From Mobula hypostoma (taxonomy: Eukaryota), in the NCBI RefSeq assembly GCF_963921235.1, contig NC_086108.1:33730001-33794000 (forward strand): a DNA stretch of 64,000 bases. Reading direction: 5' to 3'. Of the stretch, positions 49,801 through 62,812 are shown in pieces (position 1 is the first letter of the stretch; every line of letters begins with the position of its first letter). The notes beneath the pieces are model-generated. The model searched no databases. It saw nothing but the letters and a program-made list of their open reading frames with translations, and was not told where the DNA came from. The position numbers and the translations under genes were made by a program.

Positions 49801-52535
49801 AATTAAAAATTATTATGTGTAATTTAAAAAATTACTTTTTTTACCCACAAGCATCCATTAACCTTAAAAATTACTATGAGTTACAATAAGAGATGTATCA
49901 ATAAATGGTGCAAAAAGAGACTGTTCAGAATCCTGATGGCTGTTCCTAAGATGTTGAGTGTGCATCCTCAGGCTCATGTGCCTGCTCCCTGATCGCTGTA
50001 CTGAGATGAGGGTTTATCCTGATTGGTGAAGGACCTTAATGATGGATGCCATCTTCTTCAGGCATCATCTTTTGAAGAAGCCCTCAATGGTGAAGAGGCT
50101 AGATTTGGTTGTAGATAAAAACTTTGCAGTATGAGATGTCCCACAGTTGAATAACTGGTCCCCTACCACAGTATGCATCTCTTAAACATGTTTAGTTGTA
50201 CTGAACTTCTGAGCAATCACTGGATTAGCTGCACTTTCATTTTAGAAATAAACCCCTTTTGCTTTTTATAAAGTAAACACATTTTTTTGATAGGAACCCC
50301 TTACTGGTTTTTTTTTGTCTTGCTTTCAGTGGATAACCGACATAATGATAGATCAAAAATGTTTTCACTTATAACATGAATGCCAAGGTAATCTGTGTCA
50401 CTGCTCCTGAGAGTACAGATTACTCTAGAGGGCCATAGGGACACCCTCGTTCTCCTGACCTTGTAAGAAGTAGAAATTGGCCTGACAGAGAAAATCATTG
50501 GGAAGATTTGCCCACAAACATCCATTTAATCTACAAATCTACAGCACAGTGTCATAGCCAAAAGAGCTGGAGCCTCAAAACCCCAGAGCCCTGGGTTCAG
50601 TCATGACCTCCAGTGCTATTTGTGTGGCATTTGCACATTCTCCTTGTGACTATAAGGATTTCTTCTCAAACCCCTTACATTATGATAGTTTCAGCAATAG
50701 AGGAGAAATATTTTCTTCCCGAGTGTGTTAAGGGTGGTCTTGAAATCACTGCCTGGAAGAGCAATAAAGGCTGAAATGCTCATGACGTTTGAAGAAATGT
50801 GACCTGCTGGAAATGTGCAGCAAATGCCTCATGCTGGAGGCCTTGTTTTGACTGACTCCGACTTGATGGACTGAAGGAGCTCTCCTATGTCTAAATACTC
50901 TTCAAGTCTATAAAATCTCGATCCAGGTTCAAGGCAGGAAACTTGCTGGGTAATGTAATGGGTGGAAACATATGCATTATTCACAACCATCGACATTGAG
51001 TTGGGGCTCACTTTAAGGGTATGATGTAATTACGTGGTTTTTAACGCGCTTAATGTTCTGTGTTTGACGATAAAGGAGTTGTTACAATTTTCCTGAACTT
51101 AAAATGCCTCTGCCATTTTATTTCTGGAAACCTACAAACTGGCAATGCAAAATTAGAAACGGCATGTCAGGCTGATGGTCAGAGGTTACGTTGCCAGAGT
51201 GAAGTAGAATACAAGACAGAGGACTTGTGTGCCTGCATGAAATTTGAGGAGAGAGAGAAAGACTTTGGGAGAGATATTTGTGAGAAAAAGATGGGTAGGA
51301 TGGAAGTCTGGGATTCTGCTGAAAGTGCAGACTATAATACCATGAATACGCAGCAAGTTCCAAAGTGCTCCGCAGTTAGTGAACAGCTTTGGAAGCGTGG
51401 TCACTGTTGCAAGATAGGAAGCCAATACACCACCACACATTCCACAATAGTAGTGTGATAATGTCCCAGAGACTCCCGAATGGCAAAGACTCCCTGCTCT
51501 TGCTCCACTAGACCCATGTGACCTGAGACTGGTGAGAAGGAGAAAAAAGAATACCGAGAGATTAAAAAATGTTGTGCTGTGAGAATGGGCTCTACCTTTC
51601 CCTGTCCCAAACACGTTTTCAGAAGTTGTGTCTGGAATAGTAAAAACATGAGTCTTTCATGTAGCCCGCACCAAATGCTTCATGAGATCAATGAAGAGAG
51701 GAAGTTTGGACTCACCATTGAGCTCAGCCTGTTTTAACTTCCAAAATCTCTTTGACCTTGATCTTATTAAATATGCAGTAAAGCCTCAAGACCTGAATGG
51801 CTACGTTGGTTCCCAATAATTTCTTCCCCTTTTGCATCAATGTGACATTTTCAGCTCCCACACAAGCAACTTTGTGGCCTCCCAAAATGCAGTTAGGCCC
51901 CAACCGAGGGGGCGTAGGTTCCGAGGATCCAGAACTATTGTAAACTGCAGCAACGTAAAATAACTTAGCATTTAAACTTTACAGCTAGCAGATAGATGGG
52001 GCTTTATTCTATTAAGATCAGGCTTGATTCATACCCAAGTTAACAGAGATCAAAGGACAATGTGCTAGCAGTACCACCCAGTCCCTTTGGATGATTACCT
52101 TGAAGACTAAAAACAGCAGAACTAAATTCGCCAGTGAGATTGGCTAACCCTTCCTCAGCCCACAAAATGAATTCTGAAATGATGTGCTGATTGCAACCGA
52201 CTGCATGAACGCACTTTGATATTTTTATGACTGTAATACTTGTGGAGTACACATTGGGAGTATTTAAAATTCAGTCCAAATGCTCGGGGCATTTACTCTG
52301 AAGTAATCTTTTGTTTCGACAAATTTATAGCTGATCAGACACCATAAAATTTTTTTTACATTTAAACAAAGAGCTGTTGTTTGTCTGCTGGTGTTAAGCA
52401 ATGGCCTGGGATTTTCATGCAGTGAAATACCACCACCCCCATTTTTCTAGTGAAAAGGGGTATATACCCAAGAACTTTAAAGAGAAGTTATGCTTGGGTT
52501 TATTCTCATAACTCTTGCAATCATAAGTGAGCTAC

Positions 52536-52735
52536 CTAGAGACCAAACATTTTAATTCCATTCCCATTCCATTCTGACATGTCAGTCCATGGCCTCCTCT
52601 TTGGCCAAAATGAGGCCACCCTCAGGGTGGAGAGACAACACCTTATGTTCCATCTGGGTAGCCTCCAACCTGATGGCATGAACATTGATTTCTCCTTCCA
52701 GTTAAAAATTCCATTCCCCCTGCTCCCCACCACGC
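52536..52735 (+). mobile_element. PLE GIY-YIG C-terminal fragment
   Basis: ORF 52579..52770 MSVHGLL...EATLRVERQHLMFHLGSLQPDGMNIDF; reverse-homologous to 40765-40915. Confidence 0.85.
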
Positions 52736-52939
52736 CTTTGAGGGAAATGATGACTTCACTATTCTCTTGACTGGAGGCAGGTTAGGGACTAGACATATGC
52801 TGTGTCATAGTGACATCACCTTGCAGTTGAATTTTTGCTCCACTTCTCTCTGTATTCCTAAAAGGCGAGGTTCAGACAATATAACCTGTATCCTCTTTTT
52901 GTATTAGTCTACCGCAGCATGAGGGGAGCTGCAGAGACG

Positions 52940-54455
52940 AGTCATACAGACATCAAGTACTGCAGTGTAGAAACAAGCTGTTCAACGCATCTGGTCCATA
53001 CCACCTGATCTGCTGTCTAGTCCCATCTACTTGACCCAGATAATATCCGTTCAATCACTTCCCATCCATGTGCCTATCTAAACCTCGCCCCCATCCAGCC
53101 ATTCCACTGGCAGCTCATTCCACACTTGCTCCAAGGTGAAAGGGAGTGAAGAAGTTTCCCCTCACATTCCCTTTAAATATTTCACTTTTCACCTTAAACC
53201 TACGAGGAGTGATTGACAAGTTCGTGGCCTAAAGTAGAAGGAGTCAATTTTAGAAAACCTGACACATTTATTTTTCCTACATTTACACACTTAGTCCAGC
53301 AGTCGTGGAGCATACGGATCCCTTCTTTGTAGAAGTCAGCATCTTGGATCTCCAGAAAGTGGTCCACAGCGGGGGTGATTGATAGGGCCGTGGCCTAAGG
53401 TAGAAGGAAATGAGTTATTGACTTCAAACTTTCTGCGTTTTCACTCAAAGAGTTGAACTGCATGTGCATGTAATGAGAGATATATAACTCATCTCCTTCT
53501 ACCTTAGGCCACAAACTTTTCAATCACTCCTGCTGTGGACCACCTGGAGGTCCAAGATGCTCTCATTACATGCACATGCAGTTCAATTCTTTGAGTGATT
53601 ATGCAGAAAGTTTGAAGTTAATAACTCATCTCCTTCTACCTTAGGCCACAAACTTATCAATCACCACTGCTGTGGACCACTTCTACAAAGAAGGGATCCG
53701 TATGCTCTACGACCACTGGACTAAGTGTGTACATGTAGGAGGGGACTATGTTGAAAAATAAATGTGCTAGGTTTTCTAAAATTGACTCCTTCTACCTTAG
53801 GTCATGAACTTATCAATCACCCCTCATGATCTCTGTTTCCATTCTCACCCAATTTGAGAGATACTCTAATAATAAATTCACTGACCTTTGAACTCATATG
53901 CATTCACCTTATCTCAAACCCTCATAATTTTATATACATCTATAAGATCTCCATTCATTCTCCTGCATCCCCAGGGAATGAAGTTGTAACCTATTCAAAC
54001 TTTCCTTGTAACTTAGATTCTCAAGTCCCAGTAACATCCTTGCAAAACTTTCTCTGTTCTCTTTTAAGCTTTTTGATATCTTTCCTGCAGTTAGGTGACC
54101 AGAACTGCACACAATACTCTAAATTTGACCTCACCAATGTTTTGTATAACTTCAATGTAACATCCCAACTCTTCTACTCAGTGCATTGATTTATGAATGG
54201 CAATGTGCTAAAAGCTCTCTTTATAATCCTAGCTACCTGTGATGCCACTTTCAAGGAAGTATGGATTTGTATTCCCAGGACTGTCTGTTCTACAGCACAC
54301 TCAGGGACCTACCATTCACTGTTATTCCTACCCTGGTTTGTCCTCCCAAATTGCAACATTTCACACTTACCTGCAATAAATACCATCTACTGTTTTTCCG
54401 CCCATTTTCCCAGCTGGTCCAAATCCAAATGCAAGCTCTGATAACCTTCCTCATT
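52940..54455 (-). mobile_element. CR1 3' region interrupted by the mariner MITE
   Basis: gtgaagaagtttccc, accagaactgcacacaatactct and other CR1 RT C-terminal minus-strand signatures. Confidence 0.8.
53203..53826. mobile_element. Mariner-derived MITE built from two inverted 3' ends
   Basis: TA|cgaggagtgattgacaagttc...gaacttatcaatcacccctc. 53681-53761 encodes FYKEGIRMLYDHWTKCVHVGGDYVEK* (mariner C-terminus), mirrored in the left arm. Confidence 0.85.
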
Positions 54456-54848
54456 GTCTATATAGAAGCATGTAACATTATGAAAGGGATAGACAAGATA
54501 GAGGCAGGAAAGTTGTTTCCACTGGTAGGTGAGACTAGAACTAGGGGGCAAGACCTTGAGTTTCGGGGGAGTAGATTTTGGATGGAGATGAGGAGGAACT
54601 GCTTATCCCAGAGAGTGGTGACTTAGTGGGATTCTCTGCCCAATGAAGCAGTGGAGGCTACATCAGTAAATATATTTAAACCAAGGTTGAATAGATTTTT
54701 GTATAGTAGGGGAACTAAAGGTTATGGGGAAAATTCAGGTAGGTGGAGATGAGTCCATGGCCAGATCAGCCATGATGTTAATAAACGGTGGAGCAGGCTC
54801 AATGGGCCAGATGGCCTTCTCCTGCTCCTATTCTTATGTTCTTATGTC
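54456..54848 (+). mobile_element. CR1 3' end
   Basis: IMKGIDKIEAGKLFPLVGETRTRG; tail ctcctgctcctattcttatgttcttatg. Confidence 0.88.
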
Positions 54849-55224
54849 TACTATACTCCTAATCTTGGTGTCGTAGACAAATTGGTAGACTGGACTGGAG
54901 GATGATATCAACAATGACAATGCCTATCTGCCAAACACATTGTTACTGCAGAGACAACCAGCCTGGGATTCCTCAGCTCCATCCTCCTATATCTTGTCAT
55001 CTGAGCCACAAGCCCCTTCATTTCTGGGCAACATCTCAGGTACCTTGACTCAAAAAGCAATTAGCATTTGTTGGGATGGAACAATTCACAAAGCACGAAG
55101 GAGCAGTGGATAAAAAGGAAGATTCACTTCATTCCCCTCGAAACCTGTTGATTCCTTTGATTCAGAGTCATCTGAAAATAAAGTTTGAGAGTCATGACAA
55201 ACATCTATTGAGTCAGTTCTCACA

Positions 55225-55935
55225 GTTCAAAGTAAACTTATTATCAAAATATATATACATCACCATATAGAACCTGAGATTCATTTTCCTCCGGGTATTC
55301 TCAATAAAACCAGTAACCATAATAGAATCAATGAAAGGACATACCAACTGGGCATCCAGCCCCTTTGGTTCAAGAGCCTGATGGTTGAGGAATAATAACT
55401 ATTCCTGAACCTGGTGGTATGAGTCCTAAGGCTTGTGTACCTTCTTCCAGATGGCAGCAGGAAGAGAGCGTGTCCTGGTTGTGGGGTGACCCTGATGATG
55501 GATGCTGCTTTCCTGTGATGATACTCCATGTAGATGTGCTCAATGGTGGGGAGGGCTTTACCCATGATGGAGTGAGCTGCATCCAGTACTTTTTGTAGGA
55601 TTTTCTTTTCAAGGGCATTGGTGTTTCCATACCCGGCCATGACATAACCAGTCATGATACTCTCCCCTGTGCATCTATAAAATGTTGTCAAAGTTTGAGA
55701 TGAAATACCAAAACTGCGTGAACTTCTGAGAAAGTAGAGATATTATTGTTCCTTCTTTGTGATGGCACCTACATGCTGGTACGCGGACAGATCCTCCGAT
55801 ATGATAATGCCAAGGAATTTAATGTTGCTGACCCTCTCTACCTCTGACCTCCCAATAAGGCCTGGCTCATGGATCTCTGGTTTCCTCTTCCTGAAATCAA
55901 TAATCATCTCCTGATCATCAGTTCTCATTGGCAAC
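55225..55935 (-). mobile_element. Rex1/Babar-clade LINE 3' fragment
   Basis: ORFs 55743..55934 (EMIIDFRK, KFLGIIISEDLS) and 55281..55691 (FYRCTGESI, PGHALFLLPSGRRY, TTRFRNSY). Confidence 0.88.
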
Positions 55936-57204
55936 AGACAGGGGTGCGACCCTCAAGCTAATAGCTCTCATGTGTGGGAATATCTCAGAAGATTTGTTTC
56001 TCCTGCAGATTTATTTGAATGATCAGCAGATTAGAAATGCGCAGCCTGCAATGTGGCAGGAACAGGTTTCATAACAACTTCCATGGGAAAAGATGGGCAA
56101 TGAGGAAGGAATGGAGGACCTGCATTAATTGAATACTGACGACTCCCTTGTTGCAGCTGTTCAGTTACAGACATTTGTCCTCACAAAATTCACAAATCAC
56201 TACCCAGAAAGTTTAGTTAGGGGAAAAAAATCACTCTCATAGAATTTGCTGAAAAGAAGTTAGCAATTCAATACAAAATATTTTCTTTCATCTTACGTTT
56301 CCTCATGTGCACACAGATGATGCAGTTTTGTGTCACAGGAAAAGTCACAGCTTTCTGCCCACTTTCTTGGAACACAACCTCTCCCAATGCAGGAGAGTGA
56401 TCTACTATCCTTTCAAAAAATAGCCACCATGGAATAATGGATCAAAAGACTTCCCTCTGCACCAGAAGAGTCTATAATTCAACACATACTCGCTGATATT
56501 CATAGAAAGACAAAGGATTCACAATCAATAGAGATATGATGAAACAAACAGAAATTTGTCAAATATAATTGTATTAGGTAATTTTATAGTTTTGTGGTTT
56601 ATTTTGGATGTTCCTATTCAGTAGTTAAGATTGTAACCTTGACTAAAGACAGGTTTTTAAACATGAATGATGTCTCAAATTGTACATTAGTGAAAAGAAA
56701 ATAAATACTACTTATAAAATCTAATAATATAATTTCTTCATAGAAGTTATTCTGACTTAGATGAATAGAAATTACATCGTAAGACTTTACATTACCTTAT
56801 TGGCAGAAGGAATTAATGCAAGAAGCATCTATTTCCTTCATTGTCATTTTTTTTCTGGCAAAAATATTTTTAAAACAACTTTTGCCCAATCTTTAATTAT
56901 CTTTATTTTGTGTGTTGGAGTCTCAGGCTCCAAGGAGGAAAGTGGAAGATTCCTCATGGCAAAAATGCCTTTCCTCATACAAATTGTACAAATAGGGCCC
57001 TAACAATCTTGAATGCTGGAATTCAGTAGATCTCGAGCTCCTTCAAGAATTATGGAAGTATTTTTGTGTCGTGGTCCACTGTCATACCTCCCACTAGCCA
57101 CCAGAGGGAGGTGGAGACGACTAGGCCACACGCTTCCTGCTCAGCTGCCTATTAGGCTAAATATTAGTTCATTGTTATCACCTCTGCCTCATTTGTAGCC
57201 CTAT

Positions 57205-58908
57205 AAATGTTCCTTGTCCCAGTGACCTGGTCTCCACAGCTGCCTGTGGTAACAAATACCCCACCCTCTGGCTAAAGAAATTTCTCTGCACCTGTTTTAA
57301 ATGGGTGCCCATCTATCCTGAGTCTGTGCCCTCTTGTCCTAGATACCCTTTCATCCTTCTAAATTCCAGTGAGAACAGACCCAGAGCCATCAAACGTTCC
57401 TCATATGATAATTCTTTCATTCCTGGAATCATCCTTGTGACCTCCTCTGGACCCTCTCCAATGTCAACACATCTTTTCTTAGATGAGGGGCCCAAAACTG
57501 TTCACAATATACTCAAGGTGAGGCCTCACCAGTGCCTTATAAACCCTCAGCATTACATCCCTTCTCTGAGGGTGTTCCCTTTGCATCTCAGATTTTTGGA
57601 TTTTCTCCCTTTTTAGAGAATAGTCTGCACATTTATTTCTTCTACCAAAGTGCATGGCCATGCATTTTCCAACATTGTATTTCGTTTGCCACTTTCTTGC
57701 CCATTCTCCTAATCTGTCTAAGTCCTTCTGCAGCCTACCTGTTTCCTCAACACTACCTGCCCCTCCACCAATCCATATAACCTGAAAACTTGGTAGCAAA
57801 GCCATCTATTCCATCAAATAAACCATTTATATACAGCATAAAAAGAAACAGTCCCAACACTGACCCCTGGAGAACACCACTACCAGAAAACGATCCTTTT
57901 ATTCCTACAAAACACATCAAAGTTGCTGGTGAACGCAGCAGGCCAAGCAGCATCTGTAGGAAGAGGTGCAGTCGACGTTTCAGGCCGAGACCCTTCGTCT
58001 TTTATTCCCACTCGCTGCCTCCTACCAATCAGCCAATGCTCTAACCATGTTAGTAACTTCCCTGTAACACTAAGGGCTCTTAACTTGGTAAGCAGCCTCA
58101 CGTGTGGCACCTTGTCAAAGGCCTTCTGAATGTCCAAATATCCAACATCCACTGCATCCCCTTTACCTATCATACTCGTAATTTTGTCAAAGAGTTTCAA
58201 CAGGCTCATCAGGCAAGATTTTCCCTTAAGGAAACCATGCTGACTTTGTCCTATCTTGTCCTGTGCCACCAAGTACTCCATAACCACTGCCTTAACAATC
58301 GAGGTCAGGCTAACTGGTCTATAATTTTCTTCCTGCTGCCGTCCTTCTTTCTTGATGAGTGGAGTGATATTTGCAATTCTCCAGTTTTCTGACACCATGC
58401 CAGAGTCCAATGAAAAATCATTACTAATGCCTCTGCAATCTCTACTGCTACATCTTTCAGAACGCTCGGGTGCAGTACATCTGGTCCGGGTGACCTATGT
58501 AAATTTAGGTCTTTCAGCTTTTTCAGCACCTTCTCCCTTGTAATAATAACTGCACTCACTTCTCTTCCCTCATACTTTTCAACATCTGACACTGCTTGTG
58601 TCTTCCGCGGTGAAGACTGATGCAAAATTCTCATTTAGTTCATCTTCCATCTCCTTGTCCCCCATTATTATTTCTCCAACCTCGTTTTCTAGTGCTCTTA
58701 TATCCTCTCTCATCTCTCATTTATTTTTTACACACTTGGAAAAGCTTTTACTATCAACTTTGATATTATTTGCTAGCTTGCTTTCATATTTCATCTTTTC
58801 TTTCCTAATGATTCTTTTAGTTGCTCTCTGTAGTTTTGAAAGCTTCCCAATCCTCTATATTCCCAATAATTTTTGCTTTGTTGTATGCCCTCTCTTTTAC
58901 TTTTACAT
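57205..58908 (-). mobile_element. CR1 LINE (3' part), split by the RTE insertion; carries a PLE-pLTR insert at ~57909-57998
   Basis: ORFs 57880..58410 and 57479..57805 have RT motifs. The insert is flanked by cttttattcc(t/c)ac. Confidence 0.92.
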
Positions 58909-61900
58909 CTTCTCCGTGGATTGTCACCTTGTCGCAGTGGAGAAGCTTGTGTGGTCCTGTGATCCCGAGAGCAATGCCGTCTGGAGCTATGCTCCTGGTA
59001 GGGTCACCCATGGCGGTAAGGTCGAGGATGAGGTCCCTGACAAAGAACAATCCAACCAAGACCTCAATGGTGGAACAGGCAGATGAAGTTACTTCGAACT
59101 CAACGGCTGTGAAGGCGGATGAAGGCTGCAACAAATCCATCAGCTCCAATTGTCATGGTTTCCATGCCATAGGAATCATTTAGTTGATTTGTGAAGTACC
59201 GTGCACTTCTTGGAGAGCAACATCAAGTACACGTTAAACAAATACACGCACAGGCATCTTCGCTCTGTGGGCCACTTCTTCAAGTCTTTTGGCGATCGGG
59301 GGAGGGCGACGGGAGCAGGCAATGTGATGGCTGGAAGCTCCTAGTCAAGAACTGGCACGTAAGCGGTGAATACTTGATTCAGTCGTTCAACTTTTGGACA
59401 GAAGCAGGAAAGTTGTTCAGCAGCAGTATTCACGTCTGAGCAGCCCTATTTAGGATCCACTCTGCTCACCCTGAACTGGGAAAGGGCTAGAAAAGGTGCC
59501 CTAAAAATAGTCTGCTTCAACGCATCCTGTATGGAAAGCCGCGTCCAGAGGGATCACCATCATGTGGTCGAAAAACATTGAGAAGTGAAACTATGAAATT
59601 TGGAACCTGGAATATACGAACTCTGATGGATAACCCAAACTCCGACCGACCAGAGAGGAGAACTGCCTTTGTTACCCAGGAACTCCAAAAATTCAACTTT
59701 GACATTGTTGCTCTGAGTGAGACCCGCAGAGCTGGAGAAGGGCAACTAAAGGAAGGTCAATACACCTTTTTCTGGAAAGGACTTGATCTTGAACAACGGA
59801 GGATCCATGGCGTAGGTTTTGCCATCCAAAACAGCCTACTTCAGAAGCTGACAGAGCAACCATTGGGAATCAACGAACGTCTCATGACTCTGTGAAGCCA
59901 GCTTGTCAAGAATCAACACGCTACCATCATCAGCGCCTATGCTCCAACTCTGGACGCTGAAGATGAAGTAAAGATGAACTTCTATGCCCAACTTGACCAC
60001 GTCCTTTCCTCTTTTCCCAACAACGACAAAATCATTCTCTTGGGAGACTTCAATGCCAGAGTCGGGAAAGATCATAGGCTCTGGACTGGAATAATAAGCA
60101 AGGAAGGAGTTGGCAAGATCAACGCCAATGGAACACTCCTCCTCACCAAATGTGCTGAACACAACCTGGTGATTACAAACATCCTATTTCACCAGAAAAA
60201 CAGGCACAAAGTCTCCTGGCAGCATCCACGCACCTCATCGACTACATCATCGTACGATCTCGGGACCAACAAAATGTACTGATAACAAGAGCTGTTACTG
60301 GTGCTGACGAGTGCTGGACAGACCATCGACTCTTCTTGTCCACCATGAGAATGAAGATTCTGCCCAAAAGGAAACACCAAAATCAGAACACTATTAAGAA
60401 ATTTAATGTTGACATCCTCCAAGACATCAGCCATGTACAGAAGTTCCAACAAAATCTTCAAGAACAACTGCCTCAATAAATTCCACCGTCTGTAGAAGAA
60501 CACTGGAATCAATTGAAGAATGCTATCATCACATCCTGCAAAGAAACAATTGGGTTCAAGACGAAAAAGCATCAGGATTGGTTCAATGATAACGACAAAC
60601 TACTCCAACAACTCATCGACGAAAAGAGAAAAGCTTTCATCACCTTACAAAATGACCAACAATCGGCTACCAAAAGGAAACACTATCAGGAATGCAAGGC
60701 TGCAGTCCAGAAGAGCACCCGAAACCTGAAAAACCAATAGTGGAAGAAGAAAGCTCAGGAAATCCAACAACTAGCAGATGTCAACGACACGAGGCTTTTT
60801 CAATGCAACTGAAGCTATTTTTGGCTCATCCACGCACAGTCAAGCCCCTCTCAAAAGCAAAGATGGTTCAACTATCCTGAAGAGCAATGTTGACATCAAT
60901 TATAGATGGAGGGAGCACTTTGAAGATCTTCTAAGTCAAACTGTCTCATTTGAAGGGAATGTGATTAACAACATTCCAAAACAGCCTGTTGACGACTCCC
61001 TAAGCAAAATACCAACACTGAAGAAGTCAAGGAAGCCATCAAAACCTTGAAAAACGACAAGGCCGCTGGACTCGATGGAATACCAGCTGAGGTCTACAAA
61101 ATTGGAGGTAACCCGCTTCATTATCAACTGCATCAACTTCTCATCAAGATCTGGATAAATGAAGGCATACCAGCAGACTTCAGAGACTCAGCAATCGTTA
61201 CCATCTACAAAAGGAAAGGCGATCGATCTGAATGTGGAAACTATCATGGAACTTCCCTGTTAGCAACAGCAGGAAAGATCCTCACCCGCATCATGAACAA
61301 CCGTCTCAAGCCTTTAGCTGAGAAGATCCTTCCGGAGACACAAGCCGGTTTTAGACCATCACATGGAGCAATCGACATTATCTTCACAATGCAACAACTA
61401 CAAGAAAAATGTCATGAACAACTTCAACCTTTGTACATGGCATTCATCGACCTCACCAAAGCCTTTGACTCAGTATCAAGCGAACTCCTATGGGATGTCC
61501 TGTCCACCTATGGATGCCCTGAAAATTACATTTGAATCCTGGGACTCCTCCACAATGGCATGCTTGCCACAGTCATGGTCAGCAACAGTAACTGTGAGTC
61601 TTTTCAAGTTAGATCAGGAGTAAAACAGGGATATGTGATTGCCCCAACTTTGTTCACCATCTTCATTGCGACAATCATCCACATTATCAAGGATGACCTA
61701 CCCCCAGGAATCGAAATTGTCTACAGAACAGATGGCAGACTTTTCCATCTTGCCCGTCTCAAATCCAAAACGAAGACATCCACGAGTTCCCTCATCGAGT
61801 TCCAATACGCAGATGACAACAGTGTTGCGGCTCTTTCAGAAAACCACCTACAACAGATTCTGACTGCCTTCAACTGTGTATGCACGAAATTTGGACTTAC

Positions 61901-62812
61901 CATCAATACCAAGAAGACTCAGACCATCTATCAACCATCACCAATTGAGACAAATCAGATAGAACCATCAATTCAACTTGGTGAAACAACCCTGGAAAAC
62001 GTGGACCACTTTCCATATCTTGGAAGTCACTTCTCCTCCAATATCAACTTTAATGACGAGATCCAACATCGTCTTAGATGCACTGGAACAGCTTTTGGAC
62101 GTCTCCGAACAAGAGTCTTTCATGATCATGACATCCGAACAGACATCAAAATGTTAGTGTACAAAGCAGTGGTAATCCCAACACTCCTGTATGCATCAGA
62201 AACCTGGACAACATACCGACGACATCTGAAGGCACTTGAAAAGTTCCATTAATGCTGTCTTCGAAACATCTTAAATATCATCTGGGAAGATAGAAGAACC
62301 AAAGTCAGTGTGCTAAATGAAGCAAAAACAACAAGCATTGAAGCCTACGTCAAAAAGAACCAACTAAGATGGAGTGGTCATGTTGTTCGGATGAAAGTCG
62401 AACGCCTGCCAAAACAAATCTTCTACTCCCAGCTTAAAGAAGGCAAACGTAAAAGTGGCGGACAACAAAAGAGATTCAAAGACGTCTTAAAAGCCAACAT
62501 GAAGAAATGTAATATTGACATCAACAATTGGGAAACCAATGCCAAGGACAGGAAACTCTGGCAAGCCATCATCCCAGAAGGAACAGCAACTTTCAAAGCC
62601 AATAGATGTGCAGAATTAGAAGAAAAGAGAAGAAAATGGAAAGAGAGGCAGCAACAACCAAAGCCCGACCTGCCATCTGGAACTACCTGTCCTGAATGCG
62701 GAAGAACTTTCAAAACCAAGATTGGACTCATAAGCCACTTGAGAGCCCATAAGTAGATCAACAGAACGAAGACCATCATCCTCGACCTCAAGGGATAGCT
62801 ACGACGACGACG
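58909..62812 (+). mobile_element. Full-length RTE-clade (BovB/Expander-like) LINE with 10-bp TSD
   Basis: TSD acttttacat at 58899-58908 and 62813-62822. RTE-type 5' UTR gtcaccttgtcgcagtgg...agggtcacccat. (acg)4 tail. Confidence 0.93.
59578..62756 (+). pseudogene. RTE ORF: APE endonuclease, reverse transcriptase and C-terminal C2H2 finger, with about seven stops/frameshifts
   Basis: FGTWNIRTL, DIVALSETR, LLGDFNARVG, QAGFRP, FIDLTKAFDSV, GVKQG, FQYADD, YLGS, LRWSGHVVRM, CPECGRTFKTKIGLISHLRAH. Confidence 0.93.

Noticed and set aside
50330..50387. 58-nt exon candidate with a good acceptor and a gtaatc donor
   Set aside because: Stops in all three frames and no linked exons.
51060..51649. Cluster of 130-140-aa ORFs on both strands
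   Set aside because: Overlap purine-rich low-complexity sequence and an old SINE relic; no protein motifs.
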